From the NCBI RefSeq assembly GCF_009914755.1, contig NC_060941.1: DNA of 64,000 nucleotides. The stretch is one strand, 5' to 3'. Each line of letters starts with the position of its first letter. Positions within the stretch are counted from its first letter, which is position 1. Position numbers and translations under genes: made by a program. The notes under the pieces were generated by a model. It saw only the letters and a program-made list of their open reading frames with translations. It searched no databases and had not been told where the DNA came from. The DNA comes from the human T2T-CHM13v2.0 reference genome, Homo sapiens. Positions 23,283 through 37,905 of this stretch are shown here, one piece after another.

Positions 23283-23400
23283 AAAAAGAAAGAGAGAGAC
23301 AGACAGAGAAAGGCAGAGATAGAGACAGAGAAAGGCAGAGATAGAGAGAGACAGAGTGAGAGATGTATACAGAGAGGGAAAGGAGGGAAGAAAGAAAACT
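23283..23400. repeat. GA-rich simple repeat
   Basis: (GA)n/agagaaaggcagagatag units. Confidence 0.8.
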
Positions 23401-23526
23401 CTGTAGAGACTTTTTATTTGGATTGCACTGAATAAATCATTTTGGGAGGAATTGATACCTTTATACTATTGAGTCTTCTAATTGATGAATGTGGTATACC
23501 TTTAGGTCTTTTAATCAAATAGTTCT

Positions 23527-23952
23527 GTGTAGGAAAAAAGCCTCTTGTATGGCAAGAGGCATCTTGAAGCTAAACTGCAATGATGACCAATGTTTAATTC
23601 CTGCATACCAAGGTGGTTTGCAGCCAGGTCTTAAAACAATACCTGTAGCACAGACAACCCATCATAAAGATGGTCACCTAACCTTTCCAGTGGTCATGAG
23701 TTGCAATAAGAAAGTCTGAGATATGACCAGCTGCACCTGTTTTACCATAGAAGCTTGCTATAGAAAAGATATTTTCTGAAGGGTGGGTATGGGGATCCAC
23801 TGTGTCATGGCCACCAGAGACATCACTTCTGTTCATAAGTCCCCATTAAATATTTCTTCCTGAGAAACTGGATTGGTCAGGCTCTTTGTTTTGCTTCTCA
23901 GCTCCCTTGGCCTTTGGGTGTGGGTTTGCATAGACCTGCTCACCTCAGAACA
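23527..23952 (+). mobile_element. Probable ERV solo LTR, family not assigned
   Basis: TG...CA ends, ~425 nt, internal ATTAAA; interrupts L1-like sequence. Confidence 0.5.
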
Positions 23953-24150
23953 CTCTTAATGAGAGTGTTTTATGATTTTTCTCATAGAGGTCTTATACAT
24001 GCTTTGTTTGATTTACTTTTAAGAACCTGATTCATTTTATTTAATTAGAAACAGCATAGTTTTAAAAAATAATTTTCAACCTTTGAAATTATCTGATGCT
24101 TGTATATACAAGTACAATTTACTTTTGTATTTTAAGTCAAAAAAATTTTA

Positions 24151-24460
<310 letters not shown>

Positions 24461-24469
24461 TTTTAAACC

Positions 24470-25480
24470 AACAAAAATTATAAATAAACATTTTACTTGG
24501 GAATAATTTTAGATTTATGGAAAAGTTGCAAATATGGTACAGGGAGTTCCTGTATACCCCAAACACAGCCTTCCCTAATGCTAACATCTTATGTAACCAC
24601 AGTACATTAGTCAAAAAGTAACAGGTCGACATCAGTACATTACTAACAGGTAAATTCCAGGCTGTATTTGGATTTCACCAGTTTTTCCACTAGTCTTTTT
24701 TTCTCTTCCAAGAGCCAATTCAGTATACCTCATTGCATTTAGTGTACTTTGATTTTTGAAAACAGCTACCTTGCGGAACCCTGTTATTAATTCTAATATT
24801 TTATATATTGATTCTTTGGAAATTTCTTTGTATACAATCGGCAAATAATAATTCTGTTCTTTCCTTCCCAGTCTTTGTATTTTAAGTGTCTTTTTCCTGC
24901 TGTATTGTATTAGGTAGGACTTCTAGTACCTTGATGAATAGAAATAATGATGGTTGGCATTCATATCTTATTCCTGATCTCAAAGGAAAAGCTTTCAACA
25001 TTTCCTTAATATGATGTTTTTGTAAGACTTTTCTAGAGACTCTTTCTCACATCATGGAAGTTCCCTTTTATTCCCAGTTTAAGAGAAAGCATTTTTAAAA
25101 ATCATCAATGGCTATGAATTTTATCAAATATATATTTTCTGCATCTATTGAAATGATCACATGAATTTCTGCTTTTATCTGTTTATGTAGTGTATTAACT
25201 CGAATAGATTCTCTAATGTTAAATTAAATTTAAAATCCTGGAATAAATCCAACCTTATATCAGGTTATATTATTTTTTTTATATATTGCTGAACTCAGTT
25301 TGTTAATATGTTTTTTAGGATTTGTTGCATCGATGTTCTTATGTGAAATTGACCTATAATTTTTGCTTTGATATCAAGATAATACTGGCCTCATAAAATA
25401 AGCTGGGGCATGACTTTCTTGTCCGCATTCCTCCTCTGGAAAAGTCTGGGTAAAACTGGAATTATTTCTTCCTTAAACAT
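24470..25480 (-). mobile_element. L1M fragments
   Basis: Reverse L1 3' end and degenerate ORF2 (tctgcatctattgaaatgatca). Confidence 0.75.
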
Positions 25481-25523
25481 TTCACTCTCATCAGTGTTTA
25501 AAGCCAAGAAATATAGCAATCCC

Positions 25524-25850
<327 letters not shown>

Positions 25851-26593
25851 ATATAGCAATCCTGACATGAGTGTTTCACAACCATCTTCACTGCACTGTT
25901 TTTTTCCAGTGCCGCGAAGCATCTCCTCATGTATTACACTAGTCATTTACAGTAATGAATAGAGCACAGATACAGCTTCTCCGCGCTGGGCTCTGTAATG
26001 CTGGAAGCAATGGGAAACCGCAGATCATTTATACCAGTCTTCCCTTAAGCCTGGTGGATAACTAGTTTTTGTAAGCTTGCAGGATATGCGATGGGGGGAT
26101 GCCCCCACGTGCTTGTTTTTTTCAGGGGAGGAAGAAGACAGGGGATTATAGAAAGCGAAGGTACAGGGCCCCTAAAACCAGGACAGCAGCTAAATTCACA
26201 TTCCCTCCAAAGCTATTAGTGGACATATTGGCTGGGAGCAGGATCAGCATAGTAGTGTGGGTGTGTAAGGAGTTCTCCTTGTTCTGTAGTTCTAGGAGTC
26301 TCCCTCCATCCCTCTTTTCTCCCTACTGGCTCAGACATGCTCAGCACCTTCAGTGATGGGGAGACCTCTACAGTCATTTGTTCGGGAGAACAGGATGTGA
26401 CACTTCCCCTGGCATTCTAGGGGAGCTGTCCAGGGCACATTCCAGGAAAGGAAGTGGGAGGTTTCCTTTTCCCTTTTCCTCCACTGAACCCTGGGCATGT
26501 TTACTTCACTGGGGACAGGTTGAGGCTATGCTGAGAGAGGAGTAGAAGGAGATAACTCCTGGCCACAATAGACTTCTTCAAGATTTAGCTAAA

Positions 26594-26925
26594 AGGTTTC
26601 CCAAAGTTTGGTCTCTGGACCCCTTTACACTCTTAAAAATTACTGAAGACTCCAAAGAATTTTCATTTATTTGGGTCCTATCTGTTGAAATTTACCATAC
26701 TAGACAATAAAACTGAGAAATTACAAACATTACTAATTCATTTAAGATAGCAATAATTAATGCATTACCTTAATATAATCTATTTTTATGAAAATGACTA
26801 TTTCCCAAAACAAAACAAAAAATAGTGAGTTGAAAGTAGTATTGTCTTACATTTTTGCAAATCTTTAAAATTTCTGGCTTACCAGAAGATAGCTGATTCT
26901 CAAGTCTGCTTCTGCATTGAATCTT
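26594..26925 (+). mobile_element. Charlie1-type hAT DNA transposon fragment
   Basis: ggacccctttacactcttaaaaatt...aaaactgagaaatt matches Charlie1 end. Confidence 0.7.
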
Positions 26926-26929
26926 TGAG

Positions 26930-28712
26930 CCTTTTTTTATGGCTGAGTAGTATTCCATAGTGTATATGTACCACATTTTCTTTATCCAATCCACCATAGA
27001 TGGGCACGTAGGTTGATTCCATGTCTTTGCTATTGTGAATAGGGCTGCAGTGAACATACAAATGCATGTGTCTTTTTGGTAGAACAACTTATTTTCCTTT
27101 GGGTGTATATCTAGTAATGAGATTGCTGGGCTGAATGGTAGTTCTAAGTTCTTTGATAAATCTCCAAACTGCTCTGTATTTTTAGTAAGACAAGGTTTTG
27201 CCACGTTGGCCAGGCTAGTCTCAAACTCCTGACCTCAAGTAAACCTCCCACCTCAGCCTCTCAAAGTGCTGGGATTATAGGTGTGAGCCACCGCGCCCTG
27301 CCTTGCTGGAGTCTTTAGGGTTTTCTAGGTATAGTATCATATTGTCAGCTAAGGGAGATAATGTGACTTTTCCTTTTCCTATGTAGATGCCTTTTATTTC
27401 TTTCTCTTGGCTGATTGCTCTGGCTAGGACTTCCAACTACATTGAATAGGAGTAGTGAGACTGGGCATTCTTGCCTTGTTCTTGTTCTTAAGGGAAATTC
27501 TTCCAGCTTTTGCCCATTGAGTATGAAGTTGGCTGTGGGTTTGTCATAGAAGGCTCTTATTATTTTGAGGTATGTTCCTTTCGTGCCTAGTTTGTTGAGG
27601 GTTCTTATTATAAAGGGATGTTGGATTTTATCAAAAACTTTTCCTGCATCTATTGAGATAATCATATCATTTTTATTTTTAACTATTTATATGATGAATC
27701 ACATTCATTGATTTGTGTATATTGGACCAATCTCACGTCCCAGGAATAAAGCCTGCTTGATTGCGGTGAATTTACTTTTTGATGTACTGCTGGATTCAAT
27801 CTGCTAATACTTTGTTGAGGATTTTTGTGCTTATGTTCATCAGGGATATTGGCCTGTAGGTGTCTTTTCTCATTGTGTCTTTGCCAGATTTTGATATCAG
27901 GGTGATGCTGGCTTCATAGAATGAGTTAGGGAGGAGTCCCTCCTCCTCAATTTTTTGGAATAGTTTCAGTAGAATTAGTACCAGCTCTTCTTTGTAAGTA
28001 TGGTAGAATTCAGCTGTGAATCCATCTGGTCCAGGGCTTTTTTTGTTGGTAGGTTTTTAAATTACTGATTCAATTTCAGAACTCGATATTAGTCTGTTCA
28101 GGGTTTCAATTTCTTCCTAATTCAATCCTGGGAGGTTGTGTGTTTCTAGGAATTTATCCATTTCCTCTAGATTTTCTAGTTTATATGCATAGAGGTGTTC
28201 ATTACAGTCTCAAGATTTTATTTTTTATTTCAATAGTTCTTGGGGGAAAAACAGGATATTTTTTATTTCAATAGTTTTGGGGAACAGATAGTTTTTTTGT
28301 TACATGGATAAGTTCTTTAGTGGTAATTTCTGAGATTTTGGTGCACCTGTCACCTGAGCAGTGCATACTGTACCCAGTGTATAGTCTTTAATCCCTCACC
28401 ACCCTCCGCCTTTCCCCCTGAGTCCCCAAAGTTCATTAAATCATTCTTATGCCTTTGTATCCTCTGAGGATCTTTTGTATTTCTGTGGGATCAGTTGTAA
28501 TGTCATCTCTGTCATTTCTGATTGTGCTTATTTGGATCTTCTCTCTTTTTTCTTTTTTAATCTACCTAGTTGTCTATCACTCTTGTTTATCCTTTTGAAA
28601 AACAAAGTTTTGGTTTTGTTGACCCTTTGTATGGATTTTTGGGTCTCAATTTCATTTAGTTCTGCTCTGATTTTAGTTATTTCTTTGCTTCTGCTAGCTT
28701 TGGGGTTAGTTT
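26930..28712 (-). mobile_element. L1PA/PB fragments with partial Alu (27175-27302) and nested L1 3' end (~28215-28462)
   Basis: ORFs [18 protein letters not shown] (L1 RT region) and DTCICMFTAALFTIAKTWNQP (ORF2 C-terminus). Confidence 0.88.
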
Positions 28713-28800
28713 AATACTCTTAGAATATTCTTCATATTGAGCTAGAGTCTGGGTCCTATAACTCTTATCTACTGCTCTGGACCTGTCTTTTAATCTAGAT

Positions 28801-28988
28801 CAGTAGTTCTCACTGTGTGGTTATAGTACCACCAGCATCAGCACCCCTGGGAGCTTGTTAGCAATGCAGATTCACAGGCCCCACCCCAGAACTAGTGAAT
28901 CAGAAACTTTGGGGATGGGGTCGGCAGTCTGCATTTTAATAAGCCCTCCTGGTGATTCGGAGACTTGATGAAGTTTGGGAACCACTGT
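28801..28988. mobile_element. MER5A hAT DNA transposon
   Basis: TIR-like cagtagttctca...tgggaaccactg. Confidence 0.8.
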
Positions 28989-29167
28989 TTTGTACACAGC
29001 TTCTCAAACTCTCTGTGGTAAAGGATCCTCCCACCTCCATCCATGTGGACCTTCCAGGTACAACCAGTTCTGCAACACTGAAAATACATTCTGTTCAATG
29101 GGATGTGTCTGCTGACCATGAACTTGGATGTCACCACAGCATTAAATTGCTTTAAAAGTGTCCAAAT

Positions 29168-29490
<323 letters not shown>

Positions 29491-29603
29491 GCATCCAAAC
29501 GCTCTCAATTTCTATACTTACCCCATGGAAGATCATTAACAAACAGTTCAGGAGATGAGCACTTGTCCCCGGACCATGACTTGAGTGGCGGTGCTCCAGA
29601 TCT

Positions 29604-29760
29604 GCACTTCTCAAACTTAATGTGGGCACAAGTCACCTGGGGATCCTGTGAAGGATGAGTTCACTACATCTGGGAGGGACCTAAAATTTTGTATTTCTAA
29701 GTGCCCACGGGATATTGATGCTGCTAGTCCATGGACCACACTTAGAATAGCAAGCTCTAG
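29604..29760. mobile_element. MER5-like hAT element
   Basis: cttctcaaacttaatgtg...gatgctgctagtccatggaccacactt. Confidence 0.65.
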
Positions 29761-31499
29761 ACTAGAGCAGTGCAGAATACATCTGATATCTTTTCTCATG
29801 AGTGTCTACCTAATATTTGAAGCTAATCATCATCCTCCCATTCTCCAAGCTTCTTCTCTAGGCTAAATATGACCAGTTCTCTCAACTCTTCCACATCCGC
29901 AATATTTCCAGATCTGCTCCCCACACCATACATGCTGGCCCCATAGATGCTATCTTTTCACTGCCCCAAAGCCAGTTCTCCTCTTCTTTTTTCTCATTCT
30001 TCCCCCTACCCCTCGCCACCAGCATTTGTAGCTGTTTTGTTCAGTGTTTCCTGGGCTGGCTCCAGCCCTTGGGGGATTTTCAGATGGCTCAGGCTTCTGG
30101 GAAGCTCTTGCAGCTGGAGGAAGGAAATTACCCCAGAGCTGGACAGTGGAATGTGCATCTGCCTAACCTGGACTCTTGCCCTGGTGTGCCTCCTGCTCTC
30201 ACTGATCTCTCAGAGGACCCCTGCCTGCCCCATCTAGAGTCACCTCAATTTGACTCTAGTAACCTGGGCTTTCCTTCCTCCACTCACTCCTTAAAGCATC
30301 CTGGGGAACTTAAGGGAAGGGAGGATAGCATAGAGAGGTGAGAGGGGTTGCTTGTTTGCTCTGGAGAGGGGCTTCTGACGAGGCCAAGACCCTTCACAAG
30401 GATGCCCCATCTTCACTAACCCAATGTTTCTTCTTTATCTCTCAGGACTGCCCAGAGCCAAGCTCACTCCCCGAAAGCCAGTCTTGAGCCAAGGCTTTGT
30501 TTTCAGAAGTTCTTATAAAATGTCTTTTCTGGGAAGGCGTGAAGGGATTGAGCCAGTCTCACTCGTTAACATCTCAGCAAGGATTCATCTGTCAAATTAG
30601 TGAATAATTTGCCTAGCCCAGAGGGCATAAAACTCATAGGTAGATAACTTAAAAAAATTATACACAGCTTTACAGAGAAGTGAAGACTTAAGTAGATTAG
30701 AACTTCCATTTTGTTCCCCTGAATGTTGGCTTTTCTGACATGTCCATACATTTCACATGGTTATGATTAGTGTGAGTATATTAATGTAGACTTCTTTCAT
30801 TTAACTTCTTTTAGCATGCGTTAATATATACATCTCAAGGCAGCCAAACGTTGGATGTGCTTTTGCCCTTTAACATGTCCATAACCCTCCAAGTAATCCT
30901 AGAGTAGCATGGTGGTTGTAAACTCAGGCCCCATCACTTACTAGCTGCGCGACGCTGGGCAAATTCTTAACATCTCTGAGCACAACCTGTAAAATGAGGA
31001 TAAAATAAGAACCCATAGCATAGAGTTTTTGTGAGAATTAAATAAGCTGAGGCATGCAAAAACTCCTAAAATAGCACCTAGCCCCTTATAAGCACCCAAT
31101 TAACTTTAGCTGCTCTAATTATAATTATTACTAGTATATTCAGGCAGTCATCTGTTTCTAAGCATTTTAGGTTATTTGCTGTTTTTTTTATTATAACAAA
31201 GTTGTTGTTAACCTTTATCCTTTCTGGTAGCCATGTAAGGATTGCCTTGTCTACTAGAAGATATTAAGATGATAATGACAATGCCAAGATAATCTGAGAA
31301 GAGAATGATTACAATCAGCAAAGGGCTCAGAAAGGAAGCATTTCCTAGGGAAGGGAGAGAGCAAGTGAGGCAGATCAGAATCGAACCAGTCGAGGGGGGC
31401 AGTTGATGGACGAGATGAATTTGGGATATCTTTCAGAGGAAGGCACTTCAAATTCTTGTTATTTATTTCACTATGGTGCTCTCTGTGATTGGAACAGCT

Positions 31500-31874
31500 T
31501 GATATAGTTTGGCTCTGTGTCCTCACCCAAATTTCATCTTGAATTGTACTCCCATAATTCCCACGTGTTGTGGGAGGGACCCGGTGGGAGAGAATTGGAT
31601 CACGGGGGCAGGTTTCCCCCATACTGTTCTCGTGGTGGTGAATAAGTCTCACGAGATCTGACGCTTTTATCAGGGGTTTCCGCTTTTGCGTCTTCTTTCT
31701 CTCTTCGCCTGCTGCCGTCCATGTAAGATGGGACTTGCTCCTCCTTGCCTTCCACCATGATTGTGAGGCTTCCTCAGCCACGTGGAACTGTAAGTCCAAT
31801 TAAGCCCCTTTCTTTTGTAAATTGCCCACTCTCGGGTATGTCTTTATCAGCAGCATGCAAACAGACTTAATACA
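31500..31874 (+). mobile_element. THE1 (MaLR) solo LTR, TSD CAGCT
   Basis: tgatatagtttggctctgtgtc...cagacttaataca; cagct at 31495-99 and 31875-79. Confidence 0.9.
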
Positions 31875-33289
31875 CAGCTCCTGGCACATCATAGGTCCTC
31901 TGTCAGCTCCTGGTTGAAAGTATGAGTTGTCTGCTAGCTTCAGCAGGAGCCGCCAACCTGCTGTGGGCGGCCCTGGGTCCGGATCCCAGCCATGTCCAGA
32001 TTTTTAAAGTCCAGATGTTTTGTCTGGCGCCACTCGGATCTCTGCTTCCTGAGTCATGGGACGAGAAACTCCTGGCTGGGGGCAGTGGCTCTGAGCAATG
32101 GTCTCCTTCTCCTCCTGTCAGCAGTGAGAGGCCTCTCATGGAATTTGGGTCATGGGGGTGGGGGTGGGGAATGATATTCATTAAGAGAAGTTGGACTCTT
32201 AGCAGGAGTTGAAGGACGAGAGGTGTCTGCTGGGTCTGAGTGCCAGCTGGTTCAACAGCAAGGGAAGAAAGAGATATGGCCTGCATCTTAGAATCTTAGC
32301 AGCGCTGTCTCTTTCGTGGGAAAAAGACAAGTGAGGATAAGTACAGAAAAGGGGGAAGTGCCTACTGGCATTCTTAGATAGCTTATTTTGGGCGGGGGTG
32401 GAGGGCGTTTGCAGCCATCGTGTGGTTTTGTCTACACAGTAATCCAATGGGAAGGCATGACCAGCTGAAATTTAAAAGTGAGAAATAGACTCAGTGCAGT
32501 CTAGTGAGCCCTCATCATGGAATTCCTTGTCTCTTTCCACACTGTTTCTTCTGGGAATAGGAACTTGACCTAGTAGTGGGAGGGATAAGAAACACCCCTG
32601 TTGACTCTCAGTTCATGCAGTCTGGGTGGGGCTGGTTCCACCCAAAGCTTCAGAGGTGGGCTCATGAATCAGATATGATTCATCAAAGTACCACATCCTC
32701 CTACCAACTTCTGACCAGGTGCACATGACCATGCTAGGCAATTAGAGCCAATGAGAATCAGCCCTAGGGTTTTGCTGGAACTATCTTTAGGCTCCTAAGA
32801 TTTTAAGATATAGGTTAGAGGCCTGGCCATTTTGTCATCCTAAAGGGGTCACCTTCTTGGGAATAAAGTTAATTTAGAGGAAAGCAGAACTGAGAGAAGG
32901 AAAGAGAGAAAGAATTAAGAAATCATTTTAAAACCCAGATCTCACCATGAATCCATGGATCCAGTCAGCCTGAAAATTGACTACCCTTGGAATTTTCATT
33001 TAGGTGAACCAATACATTTTCCTTTTTTTTCCCCCGGAAAGACTTGTAGCTGACTTTCTGTTACAGCTGAAGGAATTCTTATCATAGAGTATAGCAGTGA
33101 AGTTGAGACTTGGTCAGCAGAGTTTGTGCTTGTCTTTCTGCCTTCCCTCCCTTCCCTGCACTGTGCAGTATGTAAATCCCTAGTCCTGAGAAGATTTCTC
33201 AATTTGCTACCTTGTATAAGCTTACCTAGTTGGACTTGTGGTGGTTAGGAAGAGTGGGTGGCCCTACATATTCCAATATCTTTTAAAAT

Positions 33290-33631
<342 letters not shown>

Positions 33632-33652
33632 TAGGATTTCACTGGGTCCACT

Positions 33653-34067
33653 CAGTAATGTGCTGGTAAATGTTTAACAAAGAAAGGAAAAAAACCTGTT
33701 CTGTAGTGTTTGCCAATTTCTGTGGTGCAAATATTCCAGCCATGGCTAATCCCAAGCTAACAACATAACAACACTGAATGCAGAGATGGAAAGAGGTACA
33801 AAGAGCACATGATTAGATAGTATTTTCACCACACAGATTTAATAGTTGTAGGTAACTGCAAGAGATTATAGATACATTGTAGTAAATAATTAAGAAGTTG
33901 TAAGTTTTGACTATTTAGTACCTTTCTTATTAATATAATTTATTTAATTGTAAGTTACATAATTTAATTTTGATAGCATCTCTGTTTAACAACTGGCTCA
34001 CAAAATTCCTGAAAATTTTATAATTGGCTCTTCCGAGCTGGAATGAGCTAGTTCTAGGCCACCACTG
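33653..34067. mobile_element. MER63-like hAT-Blackjack DNA transposon
   Basis: cagtaatgtgctggtaaatgtttaacaa...ccaccactg termini. Confidence 0.7.
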
Positions 34068-34406
34068 ATCTCATCTAGTGCCCTGGTAGAAATGATTGCT
34101 TCTTCAAGAGTTAGGAGTGTAAGCTCTGGCTTGAATTAAAAAACAGACCTGAAAGTAATCTTGAAAGCTTGATTTTGGTAAAGGTCAGTACCAAGTTGAA
34201 GTGTGCAGTGAAACTGAATACATTACTGTCTACTGAATGGAATTTATGACCTGAAGATATTCACAAATAGCTGTGAGATAGCACTCTTACTTTGCATGGT
34301 CAGCTGGTCCTGCTCTGTAGAAGGGGCCATAAAGCAGTAAAATAGATGTGTAGGGCAGGAGTCCTGTATCAGGCAATTTGAACCTGCAGAAAACAGATAG
34401 CACATC

Positions 34407-34777
34407 TGTATTAGTCTGTTCCCCCACTGTTACAAAGAGCTACCTGAGACAAGGTAATTTATAAAGAGGTTTAGTTGGTTCATGTTTCTGCAGGCTGTAC
34501 AGGTTCTGGGGAAGCCTCAGGAAACTTACAATCACGGCAGAAGGCAAGGGGAAGCAGGCAATGTCTTACATGGCTGAAGCAGGAGGAAAAGAGAGAAGTG
34601 GGAGGTGCTACCCATTTTTAAACAACCAGATCTCATGAGAACTCACTATCACAAGAACAGCAAGGGGGGAAAATCCACCCCCATAATCCAATCACCTCCC
34701 ATCAGGTCCCTCCTCCAACATTGGGGATTACAATTTGACATGAGATTTGGGCGGGGACACAAATCCAAACCATGTCA
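34407..34777 (-). mobile_element. MST (MaLR) solo LTR, TSD ACATC
   Basis: tgtattagtc...ccatgtca; acatc at 34402-06 and 34778-82. Confidence 0.88.
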
Positions 34778-35790
34778 ACATCCAAATTAGCATAATATGA
34801 GGAGTGTTTGAGGAACAGACTCTCTACAAAGGTGTGGGCAGGTATAGAAAAACCACAGAGATACAGTAGAATTCCAGGTCTATTAACAGGGCTCCATTAT
34901 CTTCCCTAGGCCTGCAAGGAGGTACAAGCTGGGGGTAAGAGGGACTCGGTTACCAGAACCTGGAGACAGAAGGGTTGGGGGACTGGGATACCTGACATGG
35001 AATGGGATTTTGGACTACAGGGAGAGACATGCGGAATAAATACTGCTCTCAATCTCCTCCTTCCCTCTGCTCTTCTAGCCCAGCTCCCCATTGGCTAGGC
35101 CCACCCAAAGGCCAGGGCAAGGGATCCCATTGATGTCAACCTCCTGGGGCATTGAGCACGTTGGAGAAAGGTGGAAAGGGTCTCACGGGTCAAATGGCAC
35201 CTTGAGTATCCTGCCATGGAGTGCACATCCTGTCCTTTGTGTTGGGCTAGAAAAAGGGCCAGGGAACCTTGCTTTTGGAATTGCTATGGGCCACCTTCAT
35301 CCCAGAAACATTTAGGGTCTGGTCACCTGTTCCTGCGAAGGGCAGGAGGCTATTTGTGTAGATATACTGCTTCTCCCCTGGGACCAACACTTCTCTTCCA
35401 GCCTGGCATGAGGAGCATGAGGTTTGGGGAGAGACCCTTGGCCATGTCGTACTCTTTACTGCCAAGGCCATCACTAGGGACCACTCTTTGTCTGTCCAGT
35501 GAGTCTTAGCCCCCTATCTCAAGATTCTGCAAGGTCCTTTTCTGTGGATACTCAGTTGAGGAAGCCCTGGTCTGGGAGCCAAAAGACCTGGGATATCTGA
35601 TTCTGATGCTATATCTTGAGGGGTTACCAGATCATGTCACTAGTCTGGATTTTTGTCATTTGCAAAATCAGTGGGCTGTTCCAGATGAACATGATTCCCA
35701 GTGACACCTCTGACTCTGAAGAGCGAATCCAAGATTTTATGAGTTTCATCATCTCTAGGTCATTTGTGTAATGAAAAGCATGCCTTTCCA

Positions 35791-35809
35791 CAGCCAGGAG
35801 GTGGCAGCA
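35791..35809 (+). promoter_or_regulatory. CTCF-like motif
   Basis: cagccaggaggtggcagca. Confidence 0.45.
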
Positions 35810-37429
35810 AAGCTCTGTTTTGAAGGGGGCGTTAGGCCAGGGTAGGTACTGCTCTCCAACTCCCTAGAGCTGAAAGTTCAGGTTTGGAGGCTCGGTTTTA
35901 CTCCTGAATAACAACAACAACAACAACAGCATTATTATTTTCATTATTGTTAGTAAAACAGAAGCAACAATGCCATCTTCAATTTGGGCAATGCTGCATA
36001 GTTGAGGAAACATTTTTGTGCATCGCATAGGAACCTTTTAACAACTGCATCCTGTAGGTAGGTAATGCCAGGACTTTTAGCCCCATGTTGAGGCTCAGGG
36101 ACATTTCTTGACTTGCCCGAGGCCCTCTGGAAAGTATTGATGTGCCAGGATAGGAACCCAAGCTTTCTTGCTTTTGTTCTTGTTCTGTGCACTCCCTATC
36201 TTATGGTGTGGAAGACCCAAGGCAAGGTCCCCTCTACCTCCTTTTCCATTTTGCAAGAGAGTAGGAGGGTCCAGAGGTACCCAGCTCAGCCTGAGGACTT
36301 AAGACTGGTTTCCGGCTGCCAGATGAAATTTGACATATACAAGCTGGGAAAGAAAACTCAGCACACAAACCTCAGCTTCACTCTCTTCTCTTTCTTCTAG
36401 TCCCCAGAAAAGAAAAAAGATATGTATCTTTAGTTACTTACCATCAGGGTGTACCTGGTGTCTCTCTTATTCATTCATTAATTCATTCCTTCAATAATCA
36501 GAGTTCTGATGAAGTGTAAGACTCTGTTATGTACTGTGAAGGATATAGGAAGGTTCTTTCTCTTCTGACTCAGAGATCTGGGGGTCAGGAGCTGGGATAT
36601 GGGAGCCAGGTAAGTGCATAGCTTCTTGGGGGTATCTTAATCCTAGAGAGCCCCCACTGAACTGGGAGTTCTTGAGGAGATGGAATTCAGATTTGGTTTT
36701 GTTGGCGTGTCAGGGAGAAGTGAATCCACAGGATTTAAAAAATGACCCCCAACTCCATATGTTAACTTCTCAAACCAGAGAAAACCCCTTAGAGACACAG
36801 CCAAAACCCCAGACTGTTGTCCAACTGAATCCCTGTCTTGTACTCCACCTACCTCCTGGGGCCAGGTCTCAACCCTCCGCATCACGATAACAGGTTATCA
36901 GAGTGCGTACGGTGTGACCCACTCTATACCACCTGTGCTTCTTGCGTATTCTTATTTGCTTCTCAAAACAACCCTGTAAAGTAAACTGTTACACTCTATT
37001 TCACATCTGGGGAAACAGAGCCTTAAAGTCATGAAGTAACTTGCCCAGGGTCTCAAAGCTAGTGAGTGGTAGCAGAATTGGGACCCTGACAGGTTAGGAC
37101 TCAGGATCCTGACCACCTGTCCTTGCAGAGGGAAAAGCCACCAAAGTGAGACTGAAGAGCTGCAATCTTATCTCCTCCTCAAACACTGGGCAAGTCATAA
37201 CTTGTCTGCATCATCTCCAGAAAATGAGGGTATTACACTTGCTTGGTCTTCTAATAGGCTTGTTGGGAGGATGGAATGGAAAAGAGAAAAATGGGCCTGT
37301 GACAACTTAGCATCATACAATGTTGTTCTGTGTGTTCGAAATAATATTATTCTCCCTCCTGACTTTGGATTTTTTTGACTGTGAAGATTGAGGCAATTGA
37401 AAAGATCATTTCAGTGGACACTTTCAGCA

Positions 37430-37905
37430 ATGATGATGGTGATGGTGATGATGGTGATAGTGGTGGTGATGATGATGATGGTGATGGTGATCTTGAGAAG
37501 GTGGTGGTGGTGGTGATGATGGTGATGGTGGTGGTGATGATGGTGATGGTGATCTTGAGAAGGTGGTGGTGGTGGTGATGATGGTGATGGTGGTGATCTT
37601 GAGAAGGTGGTGGTGATGATGATGGTGATGGTGGTGGTGATGATGATGATGGTGATGGTGATCTTGAGAAGGTGGTGGTGGTGATGATGATGGTGATGAT
37701 GGTGATCTTGAGAAGGTGGCGGTGATGATGATGATGGTGATGATGGTGATCTTGAGAAGATGGTGATGGTGATGATGATGATGGTGATAGTGGTGATAGT
37801 GATGGTGGTGATTTTAATAGTGATGAAGGTGATGATGGTGATAATGATGACGGTGATGATGATGATGATGATGGTGATGATGACAGTCATAATAATGGTA
37901 GTGGT
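37430..37905. repeat. (GAT/GGT)n compound trinucleotide VNTR with six GATCTTGAGAAG anchors
   Basis: Anchors at 37489, 37551, 37595, 37660, 37704, 37748. Confidence 0.92.
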
